DNA from: an uncultured Planctomycetia bacterium
Lineage (GTDB): Bacteria > Omnitrophota > Gorgyraeia > JABMRG01
NCBI GenBank assembly: GCA_964634945.1
Contig: CAZWMG010000002.1
Span: forward strand, 102,661 to 166,660
Reading direction: 5' to 3'
Length of the DNA stretch: 64,000 nt
Numbering within the stretch: position 1 is the first letter of the stretch; each line of letters starts with the position of its first letter. This document shows positions 27,501 through 42,500 of the stretch, one piece after another. Below the pieces are notes generated by a model, which was not told where the DNA came from, made no database searches, and worked only from the letters and a program-made list of their open reading frames with translations. The position numbers and the translations under genes are program-made.

Positions 27501-30500
27501 GCTCATGTCTCAGGACGAGATAAAAGAGTTATTGGGCGCGGATGCTAAGGATATAGATATTGAGCAGCTTATCAAGGATATGGCAAACCTTAGGAGCGCT
27601 GACTGGAACTGGGTCGGAATCGAGGCCTTCGATATTGATAAACATGGTGATATGCTGTTTGTATTTGCGCTTATGGCTCAGCAACAAATAGATATAGATG
27701 GGGCCCTTATTCCTATAGGAACAACAGGCGTGGAAGAGTTATTTGCCTTTATGGGTAACAAAAAGGCAAAAGACGCTATATCTAATCTTACAAACAACGC
27801 GATAGATTTTAGTGCCCCACAGGATATTTACAGTGATAATTTTAAGGCACTTATTACTAATTCCCAGTCATTATATAAAATATATACAATAGAACAATTA
27901 GAACTCGCGACACAGATAAAGCCTTTATCAGAGAGCCTGTTTAATCTGGAGGAAGGCACATTAAGCATAACAAGCCCAGAACACAGAAGGGTCATATTCG
28001 AGAGGGTAGACGATGCTACGGTAGAAGGCTCTGATGTTATAAGCCATCTTAATTCTGTATTAGAGCTTAAGGAAGACTTTGAGAAGAGCTGGGGAGCTTT
28101 AAGTTTTGAAGAAGATAAAGGAACTTCCGGATCAAGGGGGACGCCTAAGCTGAAGTTTCTTGAAGAGATGGCATATATATATGATAAAGCCAAGAAAGAT
28201 AAAGAGGAAGGGCTTTCAAATTCAAGGTTCGCGGATGAAAAGTTTGTAAAGGCTGTAATAGAGTATTCCGGTCAGCTTGATGACGCAGATTTCTCCTGGT
28301 GCAAATCGGGTAATGAGGCCACAGCCCCTGAAGTTTTAAAAGACTGGAAACGCTATTTCGGCACCCTGGCAGTGATATTGGCTTATGAAGGAGAGGTTTT
28401 TAAGTCCTATCCTGAATACGGAGGCGCTTCAAAAGCAGTAGATAATGTCAAAGAACTGCTGTCACATATGTCAAAATTACACGAAAGTATCACAAAGAAT
28501 AAAGATTATAAAAAAGCCCTTCCTGATGATGCTAATTTTGCTGAATTGAATAATGTAGCATGGAAGTTTCTTATATCCGAGGCAGTGTATGAACTTAACT
28601 GGCTGCCTGACGGAGCTGTTATGGGTATAGAGAACAGGGCGAAAGCGCTTAGTGACTCACTTTCAATATTTGATTATGTAGAGAAGATGTATAAAACATT
28701 ACGAGAAGAGGCCCCAAAGATAACTACTCTTGAAGGCAAAGGTATATTAGATCAATTGATTTCAGGTATTGAGCTTACAGATACTACTATGACAGCTGAA
28801 AAGCTGGAGGCGATGAGAGATGTTATAGCATATTACGTAAGCAAGAGGCCTGAATTAGGCGTAGAGGGCGTATTGAACATTACCCAGACTCCTCTTAGTG
28901 TTGATAGCGTTATATTAAACCTAATTGCGGATACCAAGACGCAAGTAAAATCTGTTAATACGACGACTCTGATAGATTCTATGATATATACAAATATTCA
29001 TTTACGTGATGAGATAAAGGCTGATCTAGGGGAAGAGTCTGAGAATGTTGTGGCATACTGGACAGAGGTAGTCAATCGATCATTAAACAATGCAGCGCGT
29101 TCGGAATCTCTCCGGGAGATCGTAGATAAGCTGAAGAAAGATAGTAACTTTTATTATGTATTTAATCAGCCTGCTTATGTAAAACATCCTACAGGTACTC
29201 CTGTATGGGATATGACCGATGGAGCAGCATGGGATTTTCTTTATGGTACAGCTACAAATTACATAGGCCCTGACAAGCCATGGCAGACATCAGAAGAATA
29301 CCTAGCCTCTGTAAAGGATGTAAGAGATATGCTTGATACATATAAGCCTGAGATCGAGAGCTATCTTTCTGATTCTAAGCTTTGGGGCCTTTCAATACCA
29401 AAGAACCTATTGTATTATAAATGGAATGATTCCTCAGCCGAGGGAGCTAATCAGAAGAAGGTAGCGGATATACTTTGGGGCCTTGCTTTATTAATTAATA
29501 GATATTCCATACCGCATACAAACATTGATACCGGAAGCACAGGTACATTGACTATAAAGGACTTGATTAAATTATCGCCTGATCTTCTTGATAACTTAAG
29601 CAACCAAAAAGGTATAGCCAATACTCAGATATTATCTCTTATCCGTGACCTTCATCCAAGAGTTAATGCGAACGATGTATACAGGACAAATGGGAGAAGC
29701 GGCGCTATAATACGCCAGTTATACGCTGATTTTGCTGAGATGATTCGCACTGGTTACTATTATGTGTATACATATGCACAGGATTCATCAGGCAAGGTCA
29801 AACAGGAGCTTGTGCGTGTTAAGTCTGATGAGCCTATTACAAAAGAGCTTATCGAAAGGAACCTGCGAAGGACTAAAGAATTAATAGACGCTGGAGCGCT
29901 CAATTATATTTATACCATGTCACCTGAAACAAATGGCATAAAATATTATGGTAATTCCGAATACAGCCCTATAATAAGGAATTATTTCAATTACATAGTA
30001 ACGCAAGACAATTATAATCAGCAAGAGTTACTGAAGATGCTCCATGCCAAGAGCATGTATCATCAGTCTATAGTAAAGCAGTCCAGCCAATGGAAGGCAA
30101 AGTTCCATGATTTTTATAATATACCCGCTGGAAGCGAGCTTGACCCATTAACGAATAAGGCATATGACGACGCGTTAAGCATCCTTGCGTCAACACTTGT
30201 TATAGGTAGTGTTAAGTATAATCCCGCAACAGGTACATTTGAGCCTACAGGAGCTGTACCTGAATCAGAATGGAATGAGAAGATAAATGACTTTATAGAA
30301 TTACTTCCTATCATGGATGATATCTACGCTAATAATAAGGCTGCTCTAGATAGTATAGCAGCTGCTTATGGCATAACAGAAGAGAGTGATCCGCAGGCAT
30401 ATTATACAATAGCTGCTGATATAGCATACAATTTTAAGACAGGCTACTTACAGTATGACGCAAAGACAGCCACATTCAAAAGAGCATGGCCCGAAGGAAC

Positions 30501-33500
30501 CAAAGGCAACCTTTCTGCTTTTGTGAACAATGTCTTAAATACTGTCAATAAAGAGTATGTAACCAATCTTCAAACGCTTTTTAATAACCCAAGGGTTATA
30601 AGCCTGGCTAAGAATATTTATGGCGCAGATACAGAAGAAGAGGTATCTGCTGTTATTACAACGATACTCAATGATTTTACAGAAGGCTACTTACAGTATA
30701 ACCCGAAGACAGGCCAATTTGATAAATATATATGGCCTGAAGGAACCAAAGGCAACCTTTCTGCTTTTGTGAACAATGTCTTAGGTACTGTCAATAAGGA
30801 GTACTTAAATAATCTGGGCAGTCTGCTTAATAATCAAAGCGTTATAAATTTAGCGAAGAATGTCTATGGAGCAAGCGCAGAGCAGGAGGTATCCGCAGTT
30901 GCTGCCCAGATACTCAATGATCTTGATAAGGGGTATTTGCAGTACAACCCCGCATCAGGAAGATTCGATAAGAGGATATGGCCTGAAGGAACCAAAGGCA
31001 ACCTTTCTGCTTTTGTGAACAATGTCTTAAATACTGTCAATAAAGAGTATGTAACCAATCTTCAAACGCTTTTTAATAACCCAAGGGTTATAAGCCTGGC
31101 TAAGAATATTTATGGCGCAGATACAGAAGAAGAGGTATCTGCTGTTATTACAACGATACTCAATGATTTTACAGAAGGCTACTTACAGTATAACCCGAAG
31201 ACAGGCCAATTTGATAAATATATATGGCCTGAAGGAACCAAAGGCAACCTTTCTGCTTTTGTGAACAATGTCTTAGGTACTGTAACAACAGGGTATCTGC
31301 GCGATCTGAGGACTATCCTTACTCATTCAAGGTTTAATGCTATAGCTAATGCTTACAAAACAAAGACTGATGAGCAGAAATCCGCGGTTGCTACCCAGAT
31401 ACTGAATGATTATAAGAAAGGTTATTTGGAATATAATATTCAACAGAGAAGATTTATATGGAAAAAGTATGATTTTTCTATAACCTTGTTAAATATAATC
31501 AATGAAAGTGCTGATCTGTTAAGCCGGGGCCTGTTGGACAATATGCGCGAATTATATACAACATATTCAGGAAGCGTAGACAGGATAGCGCAGTCTCAGG
31601 GAGTAGTTGACCGTAATTCAACAGAATACAGCTCAATAGTAGCAGACTTAGCTCGCCGGATGATTCTGGAGAAGATTGATCCAGTAGATTTATGGGACAT
31701 GCCCCGTAACATCGAGGACGCGAAATCCTTAAGAGACGCTTTGGCTGCCGACCCTAATCTACTTAGATTTATAACAGGAAAAAATAATATAAATACTCCT
31801 GAAGTTGAGGCCTGGGTTGTCGCGCAGGCAGCCAAGATAGGCCAGGGCATAGACAAGGGTTTTCCTGATTATAACTCGTATCTCATGGTTATGAAGGCAT
31901 GGATGCATATATGGAATGATGTCTGTGAGCAGATTGGACGCAGGCCTAACATAGATTTAACTTCAGGCTTTGGCTATGAGTTAAGAAACGGCCAACTCTA
32001 TTTAAAATATTATAGCGGGGATTATTCCGGTATAAAGATAGGTGTTGATAATCAGGATCTGGCTGATATTACTGTGACATTGGTAAAGGGCAATGAGGCA
32101 TCTGCTGATGAATACGCTACATGGCAGGTAATGCAGCAGGTAATAAACAAGGAAAGAAGGATTTATAAGATAGCTGATGCCGGGCCCGGTTACGAGAATG
32201 TGCAAAGCGCGTATCGCGGCGATATTAAGGTAATAGAAAAAATCTATGCTTATAAGGAGCAGATACCGGGATACCTCTCTAAGGAGCCGCTTTGGACTGA
32301 AACAAATACCTATGATGTCCGCACAGGAGCTCCAATCAGAGTAGAGGCTCACCACTCTATAATAGAATATTCACGTGAGTATCATGATTGGTATGAAGTA
32401 CCGCGCGATGAACGCAATCCAAGTTTTGGTTTTATAAGATCAACCATGCCTATAGGTGGAGTTATCAGAAGCGCAGACGGGAGTTTAAAAGAGAAGTTTA
32501 CAATAAGCGACATAGATAAAGAGAGAGGCACCTTTGTCCTGCAGGTAGATGTGTATGCGCAGCAAGATGGCAAGGATATTGTTATAGCCACAAGAAGTGA
32601 GATATGTGATATCGGCACAGGTGGTGTTTTGGATCAGAAGAATAGCGATGGAACGTATATCAGTTATACCTATAGAGACATACTTTTAAGGATAGCCTCA
32701 AAAGTAGAAGAGTTTGCTGGAACTGATGAGGCCCCGGTATCTGTGCATGAGCTTTATGATTTAGAGGGCCTGCCTGGCGAAGGTATTGCTGCAACAGATA
32801 TAGACCAATGGAGCAATACAAAGACGCATGATCCGCACGGGGCGCTTGTGGCTCAGACGGATATAACTGTTGCCGGCAATACGACTACCTCTGTATATCG
32901 CAATAAAGATACACAGAAAGAGATAGTAAGAGTTGAGCGGGATGAGCAAGGCCATATAATAAAGATAGGCATGTTTAAGGGGCATGTCCGTGATGAGGAA
33001 ACAGGCGACTACTTGGCAAGAGTTGAGACAGTAGATCCTGTTAGGGCAGGATGGGCCAAGTCAGGCCTTGATATGGAGGCTTTTGTAAGGGATATGGCCG
33101 CCTCTAATTCAGGTAAAGAGTTTATAGATCTTGATCCTAAACTTGATAAGTCGTTGATTGAGACAAGGTTATATAATGGCCCTAAATTAGTTGAACTGAT
33201 ATCAGAATCACAGGCAGGTAAGACCATAACCAAGGTCTATTATGATAAAAGAACAGGTAATGAGGCATTTAGAGTAACAAGAAATGCTAATGGCGAGATA
33301 ATAGATATAGGTATTTATAGAGGCTATCAATATGAGGATAAGATAAGCGGCGCAATATTGACATTGGAAGAGGCAAAACAGATTTATGGCAAAGATTATA
33401 TAAAAGAGACTTATAGGCTAGCGAAGGTTGACAGGCTCGATGTGCAAAAAGCCGGGTGGGATGAGATTATGGATACTACTTTCGGCCGCATGCCCGCTTC

Positions 33501-36500
33501 CGAGGTTTTCTTAGGTCAACTTAAAGAGACATCCGATCCGATAGGCGCGGAATTCAGGATAAATGATAACAAAGGAATGGCTATAAAAGATATTGCAAAA
33601 CAGACCGAACCTTTTGTTATTGAAACAAGATGGTATAGCAATGAAAAGTTGAGAAAGCAGATTGCCACTAATGAAGCAGGAACAGCGGCTACTACTATCT
33701 ATTATAACCAGCAGACAAACCAGGAAATAGGCAGAATAGTAACCAATGAAGACGGGACATTGATAGTAGATATAGGCGTATTTGAGGGATATGATGAAGA
33801 TCATAACGCTATTGTACAGATGATAGATCCTGTAAGAGCCAGCATGAAGGTACATGAAATAGAGGAACTTGCCACAGAGTTAAGGCAGGGTAATAACTTA
33901 ATTATCAAAAGAGACAATGGCAAGATAAAAATAGGCACGTTTGCCTTTGATCCAAAGGTTATTATGGAACGCAGATACAGCGGACAGTATCTTGTTTCGC
34001 AGGAGACAGAATCAGTTGCCGGAAAATCGTGTATACAGGTATACTATGATAAGAACAGAGTGCGTGAATCGGGCAGGGTAGAAAGAAATGTAATGGGCGA
34101 TCTGGTGGGTATAGGCAGATTTATAGGGTATAACGAAAGAGGAGATGCCTATGTAGTAATGCTTGATCTTAGAAAATTGACATCGTTATCAGGATTAGGC
34201 AGAAATTTAGTTCACATGCTTGAGGAGGGCAAAGAGCTTCCGAATAACTTTGGTATACCTGAGGATGCTATGTTTTTGAAAAATTTAATTGAAACCAGGG
34301 TATATAGCGGTGAAAGATTGATGCACTCTACAATATCAGGAATTACAACATCTGTATTTTACAATAAGGATACAGTTCAGGAGATAGCAAGAATTGAAAG
34401 AACACGCGTGCCTGTATACAAGATAAGTGATAAAGGTAAGGTGACAGGAAGTGAGGCCCTTACTCTAACAGAAGAGGGGGATGTAGATTTTAAAGGCAGA
34501 ATAACCAGCATAGGTACGTTTAAGGGGTATGATAGAGAAGGAACAGGTATCTCTACTGTTGAGATGGTAGATACGCGAAGGGCTGGATTGAGCCATAGTA
34601 AAAAAGGACCAAATAGCAGCAAGCCTGTTGATAGTAGAATTCAAAATATAATGGCAAGATTTATCAAGGGAGAGCCTGTATTTTTGCAAGATGACGAATA
34701 TAAAATATTTCCAAGAGCTATAACAAAAAGGCAATATTCAGCAGAAGACCTTTATATCGAAACAGCTTTTTCAGAGGGTGGTTTGGTAGAAACAGAAGTA
34801 AAATATAAAGAAAACTATAAAGGTGAAAAACTCCTTTCAGAAGAAGGTAGGAAGGCATATGGCGTAGATGGTAGCGACGCTACACGAAAGCGCATGCTAA
34901 GACAGACAGGCCTGCTGTTAGGATATCAGGAAGAAACCGGATTTGCCAAAATAAGTATGAAAGATGAGATTACTGGCAGGGGATGGACAGAGATCCATAA
35001 TGTTGCAGGTATTGTAAAAGAGCATATAGAGGTTGACTCAGAAGGTATACTTGACCGTGCTGTTTATAATTACGATGAAGACTGGTTGGCTACTACAAGT
35101 GAAACAGAGGTTATTGATGGAGATGGAACAATAGCAGGTACATCGTATCGTGGGAAATTTAAAGGTTATATTAATGGTTACGCTTTAGTTGAGCTCCAAA
35201 ACGTGAAGAACGAAGATACGTGGCAGGAGCTTCTTAATCAGATAGGTGAATTAAAAGCAAAGGCACAAGGCATTGTAAAGAATGGTAATTTTATAGCGAC
35301 AACAACGGATGTCTTTGATTACGAAGGGCAATTAGGATTATTAGGCACAACCACAAGTATACATGGATATGAATATGACCCAGCTATATCTTTTATCAGA
35401 AACATGCTGCGTAAAGACACGCAAAACGCGGTTACGGAAAAATACGCTATTGATAGATACGGCATAAAAAGACCGGTAGCAGAGCTGACTAGAGCCGATT
35501 TGATAGATGGGAAACCTCTTATACTTTATCACAGCAGGTTAAATGATTATGCCTGCCAGAGCCTTGATAATAAAGAAGGCCAGGTAAGAGCAAAGATAGA
35601 AGGGCTTATTGTAGAAGGTAAATTTGTGCGCCTTTCTATAGAAGTCCCAAGATATATGGGCGTATTTAAACATTTTGGCCATATGTCAAAAAGCCGTGTA
35701 TATCGATACTTCCAGAAGCAAGATCTGGCAAATGACCTTAAGGTTCTAGAAGGCCTATGGGATTTGCACGCAGATGAGACGGATACAGATATTGCCAAAG
35801 CGCTGATGCAGGAAGGCCTATTAAAATATAAACGCATGTTAAGCAAAGATGGTGCAGCTATCCCCATTGAAGAGTTGACGTTGGATGACTTCATAAGTAT
35901 AAGTAATGATATGATAGATATTAAGAATGTTCCTTTATACCAGACCATTACGCCGCTTTTTCAGCATGCGGTTCAAGAGGCAGAGGATGGCAGAGGAAGG
36001 GTCGCGCTCAAATATACAATGGAAAGACAACAGGATGGTACATTCATAAGGAGAAAAGCGGTGTTTTTGAAGTATTATGATGACAGGAAAGACCCCCGTG
36101 TCCCTACTAGCAGCCCTAAATATGGACTAACTGTCATAGCGGATCACAGCAAGACGAATGCGGTTCATAATAACGGCAGCATAAACTATGGCAGGCCCGT
36201 GGATGAGTCTTTTTTTGAAGGCCTTTATAATAAAATGGTACGCATAAGACAGCATGGTTTTGAAAGTAAATTAACCTCGCTGGTAGACAGGAATGGCTGG
36301 GGCAGGGTTGCTGCTAAGCATGAAGGAGTTCTTGCAGAAGGCGAAGAATGGAACAGGTACGCTAAATTTATAGCTACAAGGCACATACTTAAGCATTATG
36401 ATGACTTCACTGAGAATGGCCTGGGCATACTGCGCGTAGCAGACATGGGCCAGACATATGTAATCACAAGCACGACCAAAGATGGCTCATACATATATGA

Positions 36501-39500
36501 TGGAAATTCACCTTTTAAGGTATCGTGGTTTAAGGAGATAGCAGAAGATGCAGAAATAAAGAACTATATCTTAAACCTTAAGATGTTAGAGTCCTGGTAC
36601 GAAAAGATGGATTCTAATGGATTATTAAGAGAGTTTCTTATTACATATGCGGATATGTCAGGCATGTTCAAGCCTTTCAGAGAAGCATTAAGTGACAAGG
36701 CTGCCCACGATATTGCAAACAAGAACTGGGGCGTAATCAGTGAGAATAAATCCAATGCAAGGTTTGATTTTGATCCATCAGTATCTGAAAAACTTATTTA
36801 TCTATATGGTAAAGACAACTATGGGGTATCTAACATACCGGACATGGTGAAAGGTTTTTATATTGGTTTGGCATATAGTAATGGCAGACTAGATAAGAAG
36901 GATGGCGCCAAAACACTTTTTGATCAATCAGTATTGTATTCGGATCCAAAACTTAATATCAAAGAAGTAGATAGCAAGGGTAATGTTGCGTATTTTCGCG
37001 AAAACCTAATATCTGGCTTACCTCGTATCTTTGTTAAGAATAACAGAGGATTTCCTATAGATGTACGATTTGGATTTATAGATCCGGTTACAGGTGAGAT
37101 GATAACGCAGAAAAGAAGCACGTATAAGTATGGCAAAAAAACGGATATCGCTACTGCCGCCAGTACGTTTTCGATTTTTGATACAAGAGATATGTTCGTT
37201 TCAAGTAAGTCTATCATGAAAGCACTTTTGTCAAATGGCACAATTCTTGCTCAGGAATCTTTATATAGTAGAGTTGGGCTTGGCATCAAGCAGTTTGAAA
37301 AACGTACTAATGCTTATAAAACCAGAGGCTCTAGAAGGGTTATTGAGAATGAAGGTTCAAAATCGACAATAGAACTTAATAGGTGGGGGCTTGAAGAATC
37401 TTCTCAAACGTTGGATAAGGGTGACTACATAACACTCGCGGTCTCTGATGACAAAATAGGCGTAGATAGAAGTAGTTTGTCAGTTCCGGTTAAAGAAAAA
37501 ACAGGCATTATTAAGTATAGAGGGGTTATGCTTAATCCGTATTTTCCCGATAGGGCCCCTGAATATTATGAAATAAGGGAAGTGCTCTATTATAATCAAT
37601 CCGGAGATGTTATGTTTAGAGGTGATGAGTGGAGTGATAGATATGGAAATATTGTTGTAAGGGTTGTAAACAAGCATACTAATGACGGCGACGGATTTAT
37701 AGCGACCTATTTCTTTAACAGGGAAGGTTATAAAGAGTATATTGCAGATAGTGTACTTAGCCAGGATAAGACTAAAAACATAAAGCTTACTTTTTCCAAA
37801 AAAATCGACAAAGAAATCGATGCCAGCGAAAGTGAATATTTATATCTACATATTGACGTGGAACCTTCTTTAGCTGGAGATATCGAGTATTCTCTGATTG
37901 TTAGAGATGAGAATACAGAGGCCATTATTAGCCATGACTCGCTATTTAGTCCCTACAGTGGCAATAAAATGCGAGAACCAACAAGAGAAGATCCTGAGCG
38001 CGAAAGCGCGGTTATCACGAATTCAGAGTGGAAAGAAGACCAATCTGTGCTGGTCTTGCCTGTTAAAGAACTGGTTAATCAGGGTATCGATGTATCGCAT
38101 ATCAGAGATATGGAATTAATATGTAAGTCCGGATTTAACGGAAGGATTAGAATTAGCCCTGTTTACAGGCTTGGCGACGCGACAGGCTTGAGCCGCGTAA
38201 AAGTACCTAAATTAGAACAAGAGGCCTTACCTGTCGTTGCTCTGCGAAGCGCCGGAGAGCATGTGATTAAGAACGCGCGAGTCAACATAGAAGGTAAAAC
38301 TTATTATACGCTTACAAGTATTTATAGTGCTGCTAATACACGTTTACGAGATGAGGTAACTATAGAGTACATAAATGAGCTTAATGGTAAGGCTGAAACA
38401 AAGAGTATCATTATCTATTATGACGAATATGGCAAATATCCGGTTCTGAGCGTAGACAAATTGACGGGAGGCAATCCACGCGCGTATGCGGTAAGAGAAA
38501 AAGATGGATGGATATATATATGTTCCACGCACCCTATTACAAATATAAAGTCAGAAGGCGCTTTTAGCAAACAGGCCTTAAGGGATGATATCCCGGCGTG
38601 GGAAAAGCGCGGTGAATTCGTAATGATAGCGAAGATGGAAAAGGGTATATTGGAATATGACTATAACAAGGCTTATAATACACTTATACAGTATATAGTA
38701 AGGTCGGTTAAGGGTGAAGATGTTGAGCATTACTCCAGTTCTCTTGCGCCGCTTATGACGCCTGATTATCTTATCGAGCTCCTTGATTATACAGGAGAAA
38801 CCCTTGCAAAGGAATTTACCAGAAACATAGATGTTGATGTTCCCGAGTATGATCTTTCTAATATCTCCCCTTACCTATCAGGTGGAGAGGTTTTATCTAG
38901 AATGCAGAGCTTTAAAAAGGCATTTCAGCCTATAATTCAACACCAGGCGCGCGCCCCTGATGATAAAAAACCAACGCTCTTTTTAGACGCAAAAGACTCT
39001 GATATAATGAGCCTATATGATAACAGCATATTAATGCCCGCTTTGTGTATGTCAGGCCAACAGCAAAAGGCAAAAGAGATAATATCGTTTGCCTTATCCA
39101 CCCCACAAGATGCTGAGACCGGTTTAATATATGACCAGTTTTACGCTAAAACAAACCATCCTAAGCTTGGAAGCAGTAGAGACGTTACTTTGCATTCAAA
39201 TGTTTATTTTTTAATCAACTCATTAAGCTACTATCTTGAAACAGGAGACGATGATTTTCTAAAAAGTACAATAGATCTGGCAGATAACCTTATCACAGGA
39301 CAGTTATTAGACCGGGAATCAGGTTTATATTTTGAATCGACAGCGATACAAAGTATGGTAGCGCTCCAGTCTGATTATAGGGAGATTAAAACTGACGACC
39401 AGATCCTTATGCTTAATCTTTGCGATGCGCTGCTAAGTGACCCAATAAGGCAAAATATCGGAAACAAGCGCATCGCGGTAATTGAGAAAACAAGAGACGG

Positions 39501-42500
39501 CATACTATTGGCGCTTAAAGATAAGAAATTAGTAGACTCGGAAAATTCTATTATTTACAGGGGTTTGTATAAAATATTTAAGAAAACAGAAGATCACCCA
39601 TATACTTTGTTAGGTTACGGATTTATGCCAGGGCTCTCAAGCAAGTCATTTTTAAATGTTATTTCGTTTAATGCTGACGGGGATAAGCTCAATTTGAGTT
39701 TCAAAGACGTTTTTGATAGATTCGAGTCTCACTTTATAGTATCAATCGGAAAGATTAATAACGATGTTATTGCCGGACCAAACCTCGCAGGCATTGACCA
39801 GGGCGATGTTATATACACAGAAGAGTTGATGAGCCTAATAAACCTACTCCGCTTGGAGATAGAAAATTCCAGGGATATAAAAAACAAGGATTATTACAGG
39901 AGAAGGTTGGAATTCTATTCAAGGTCTCTCAGTCACATAGTTGATATGTCAAAAAACTCCAGCCTGATGGATATTCCGCTGGTTGTATCCATGCAAGATG
40001 GCAAGATAGCGGATACATCCAAAAAGAGTGTGGCTCACAGGCACAGGGCAGCAATTTTAAATAACCTTTATCGTTCATCAATAGTCACTTCAGCGGAAAA
40101 CTTTTACAGCAGTATAGGGTATTCACCTGAGAAGATACAGGGCGGCACATTTTTCCGAAAGCTAAAGATAGCAGCGGATAGACAGGCATCTATGCAAAAA
40201 TCCGAGACACAAGAGATCTCAGATGAGAGTTCGAAAAAATATATTATCGCCTTTATTCTGATGATAGCGGCGTTGGCATCTCTTGGTATAGCAAGTTCTT
40301 TTTACAAGGCAAAGCCGTACAAGTCGACCAAGCCTTCTCCGAAAGGTGATGACAGCGGTGATGGAGAAGGTACCCCTCCTGCTGATGAAGGCACAAAAGA
40401 AGCTGTTGTGGCAGCAACGGTATCAAGCTTACAGAAAATTACTATAAAGGCACTTGCTATAGTTAAAAAGGCGAGCCTGCCGAAAAAACTGATGATCTTA
40501 GCTGTTATGTTAGCAATACCGCTCTTACTATCTAATCCGGCATTGTGTGCTGGATTAGGTCTTCTAACTCAACAATCAGTTGTTGCCCTTACCGGTCTGC
40601 CGCTGATATCTTCCGCTTTGAATTGGATAAGCTCATTAGGTGCGGTTAAATTAATATATATCGCGGTATCGCTTGCCTTTCCGGCGTTAATCCTTGCTTC
40701 AAATTACATAACCTCTTTCGCAAGAAAGATATGGTTTAGCACTAAGATGCGCAGTATCGCAAAAGATGGCAAAGCCAAACTGTACGATAAAGATGACATG
40801 GAAATAGCCCTTACCAGGTGGAACAATATGATTAATATGACCAGCGATGTTTCAGATAAGGAAAATAACGTTGTTGTAAATCACCCCAGAGTAAGGAAGG
40901 CAGACGGACCGATTGAGGTAAATTTCCTTTTTAGTCTTCGGGTTATTTATACATTGGCATTAAAACAACATAAAGAAGAAACAAAATTAAGCGATGACGA
41001 TCTTATAACAAAGACAGATGACCCGCTACTTAATGGCCTTGACACTTTTGTACTTATGGTTGGAATGTATATGCGTAAGGTTATCTATGACTCAAAAAGA
41101 GATGAGAATGGCCAATTAGTAGATAGTAACCACATATGGTCAAGGCTCGAATCTTATTTTTATGAAAAGAGAGAGCTTCTAAGAGATGCGATGTCACAAA
41201 ACAATAAAGCGGAATTTAATGATATACTGATAGATATGGGGATTGCCCCGATAGCGCAAAAGAGCGCAACAAATGAAGCGATATTGGAGATAGTCGAAGG
41301 TTATGGAGATGCAAGCTCTGAGGAATTCAGAGACGAGCTGGCAGAAAGAATAGGTGTTTCAGCTGAAGATCTGGGTGTAAAAAAGTTTGTAGAGGATTTT
41401 GAGAATTTTACTATACAAGAGGATTTGGCAAAACCTATCCATCCATGGGCGCTGCTCGCCGCGCGGCTATTGCCAAGGTTCCTGCTTGCTGCGGTTGGAG
41501 CGCTTATATTTAAGGCAGAGGCATTAGGCGCCACTGGTTTCTTAGGTGCTTTTATCGCAGGCCCATTAGCAGCTTTATGGCCTTATCTTGCTATTGCGGG
41601 AATAGTTATTATTCTGGGCTCATTGCTTAATCTGTATATTGGTAGGCATGCTAAATTAAATAAACTATCCGGTACATTAGGCACTGTTTCGCGTCTTACA
41701 AAAATAGGCGCATTAATCGGGCTTACATGCCTTGTTGCCGCTATTTCGCTTACGCCATTAGCTGCGGCAGGCGCTCCTTTAAGCATAATGTGGTTAGCCA
41801 AGCTTATTATAATCAGCTATCTTACTTTCGAAACATTTAGCCAGATATTCTTCAGGCATTCAATAACATGGCTTTCTCTTAGGTATCATTTCTCACCAGC
41901 TGTATCTACGGGTGGCCCTGGTTCTGTCATATCATATGTTACTTTATACGCGCTTACAATAGCTTTCGGAGCGCTTATGGGATTTAGTACTTATAATTTC
42001 TTTGTACAGTTTCAAGCTTTAGATACAATAGGAAGTTTCTTGCAATTAGTAGGGGGAGTGCTTGTATTTATTAATACCTTATATTTGACTAATTATGGTT
42101 TCTGGCAGATGCTTACCGGTGCAGCTTCAGGGGCCGTAAAGTTCCCACTTCAATTATCAGCCTTGATACTTTCTGCCGGAGTCTTTACCTTTGCCTTGCC
42201 GGCATTCTTACCGATTATACCTATTGCCGTGTTACTGATAAATAAGGTTATTAGTTGGATAGTACCTTTAAATAAAAGAAAGCGCCTAAAAGATGAGGCT
42301 GATGAGCAAGATAAAAAGACAGTTCTTGTATATATGGGCGGTGACGCGCTTGGCATGTTCATTAGATTGGCTGATCCCGTAGGGGAATTTATTAACAGAT
42401 GGAAAGCCTTAAGAGGAGAGAATTCCGAAGTTCTTAGTGCAATCAGAAAAGAACTTGGCTGGAAGGGCCTTACTTCGGAGAAAGAATTAGAGGTAGTAAG

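Noticed and set aside
14817-31283. Identical repeat pairs as DGR template/variable repeats
   Set aside because: The copies show no adenine-specific differences and no reverse transcriptase is encoded in the window.
30420-31470. Regularly spaced ~50-bp identical cores as a CRISPR array
   Set aside because: The period is 246 bp and in frame, intervening sequences are homologous to each other, and there are no cas genes.
14692-38961. RAP tripeptides (QPRAPAF at ~14695, QARAPDD at ~38944) as RAPP/RAGP-type ribosome arrest motifs
   Set aside because: Neither has the final Pro of RAPP/RAGP, and a few RAP tripeptides are expected by chance in 14,300 aa.
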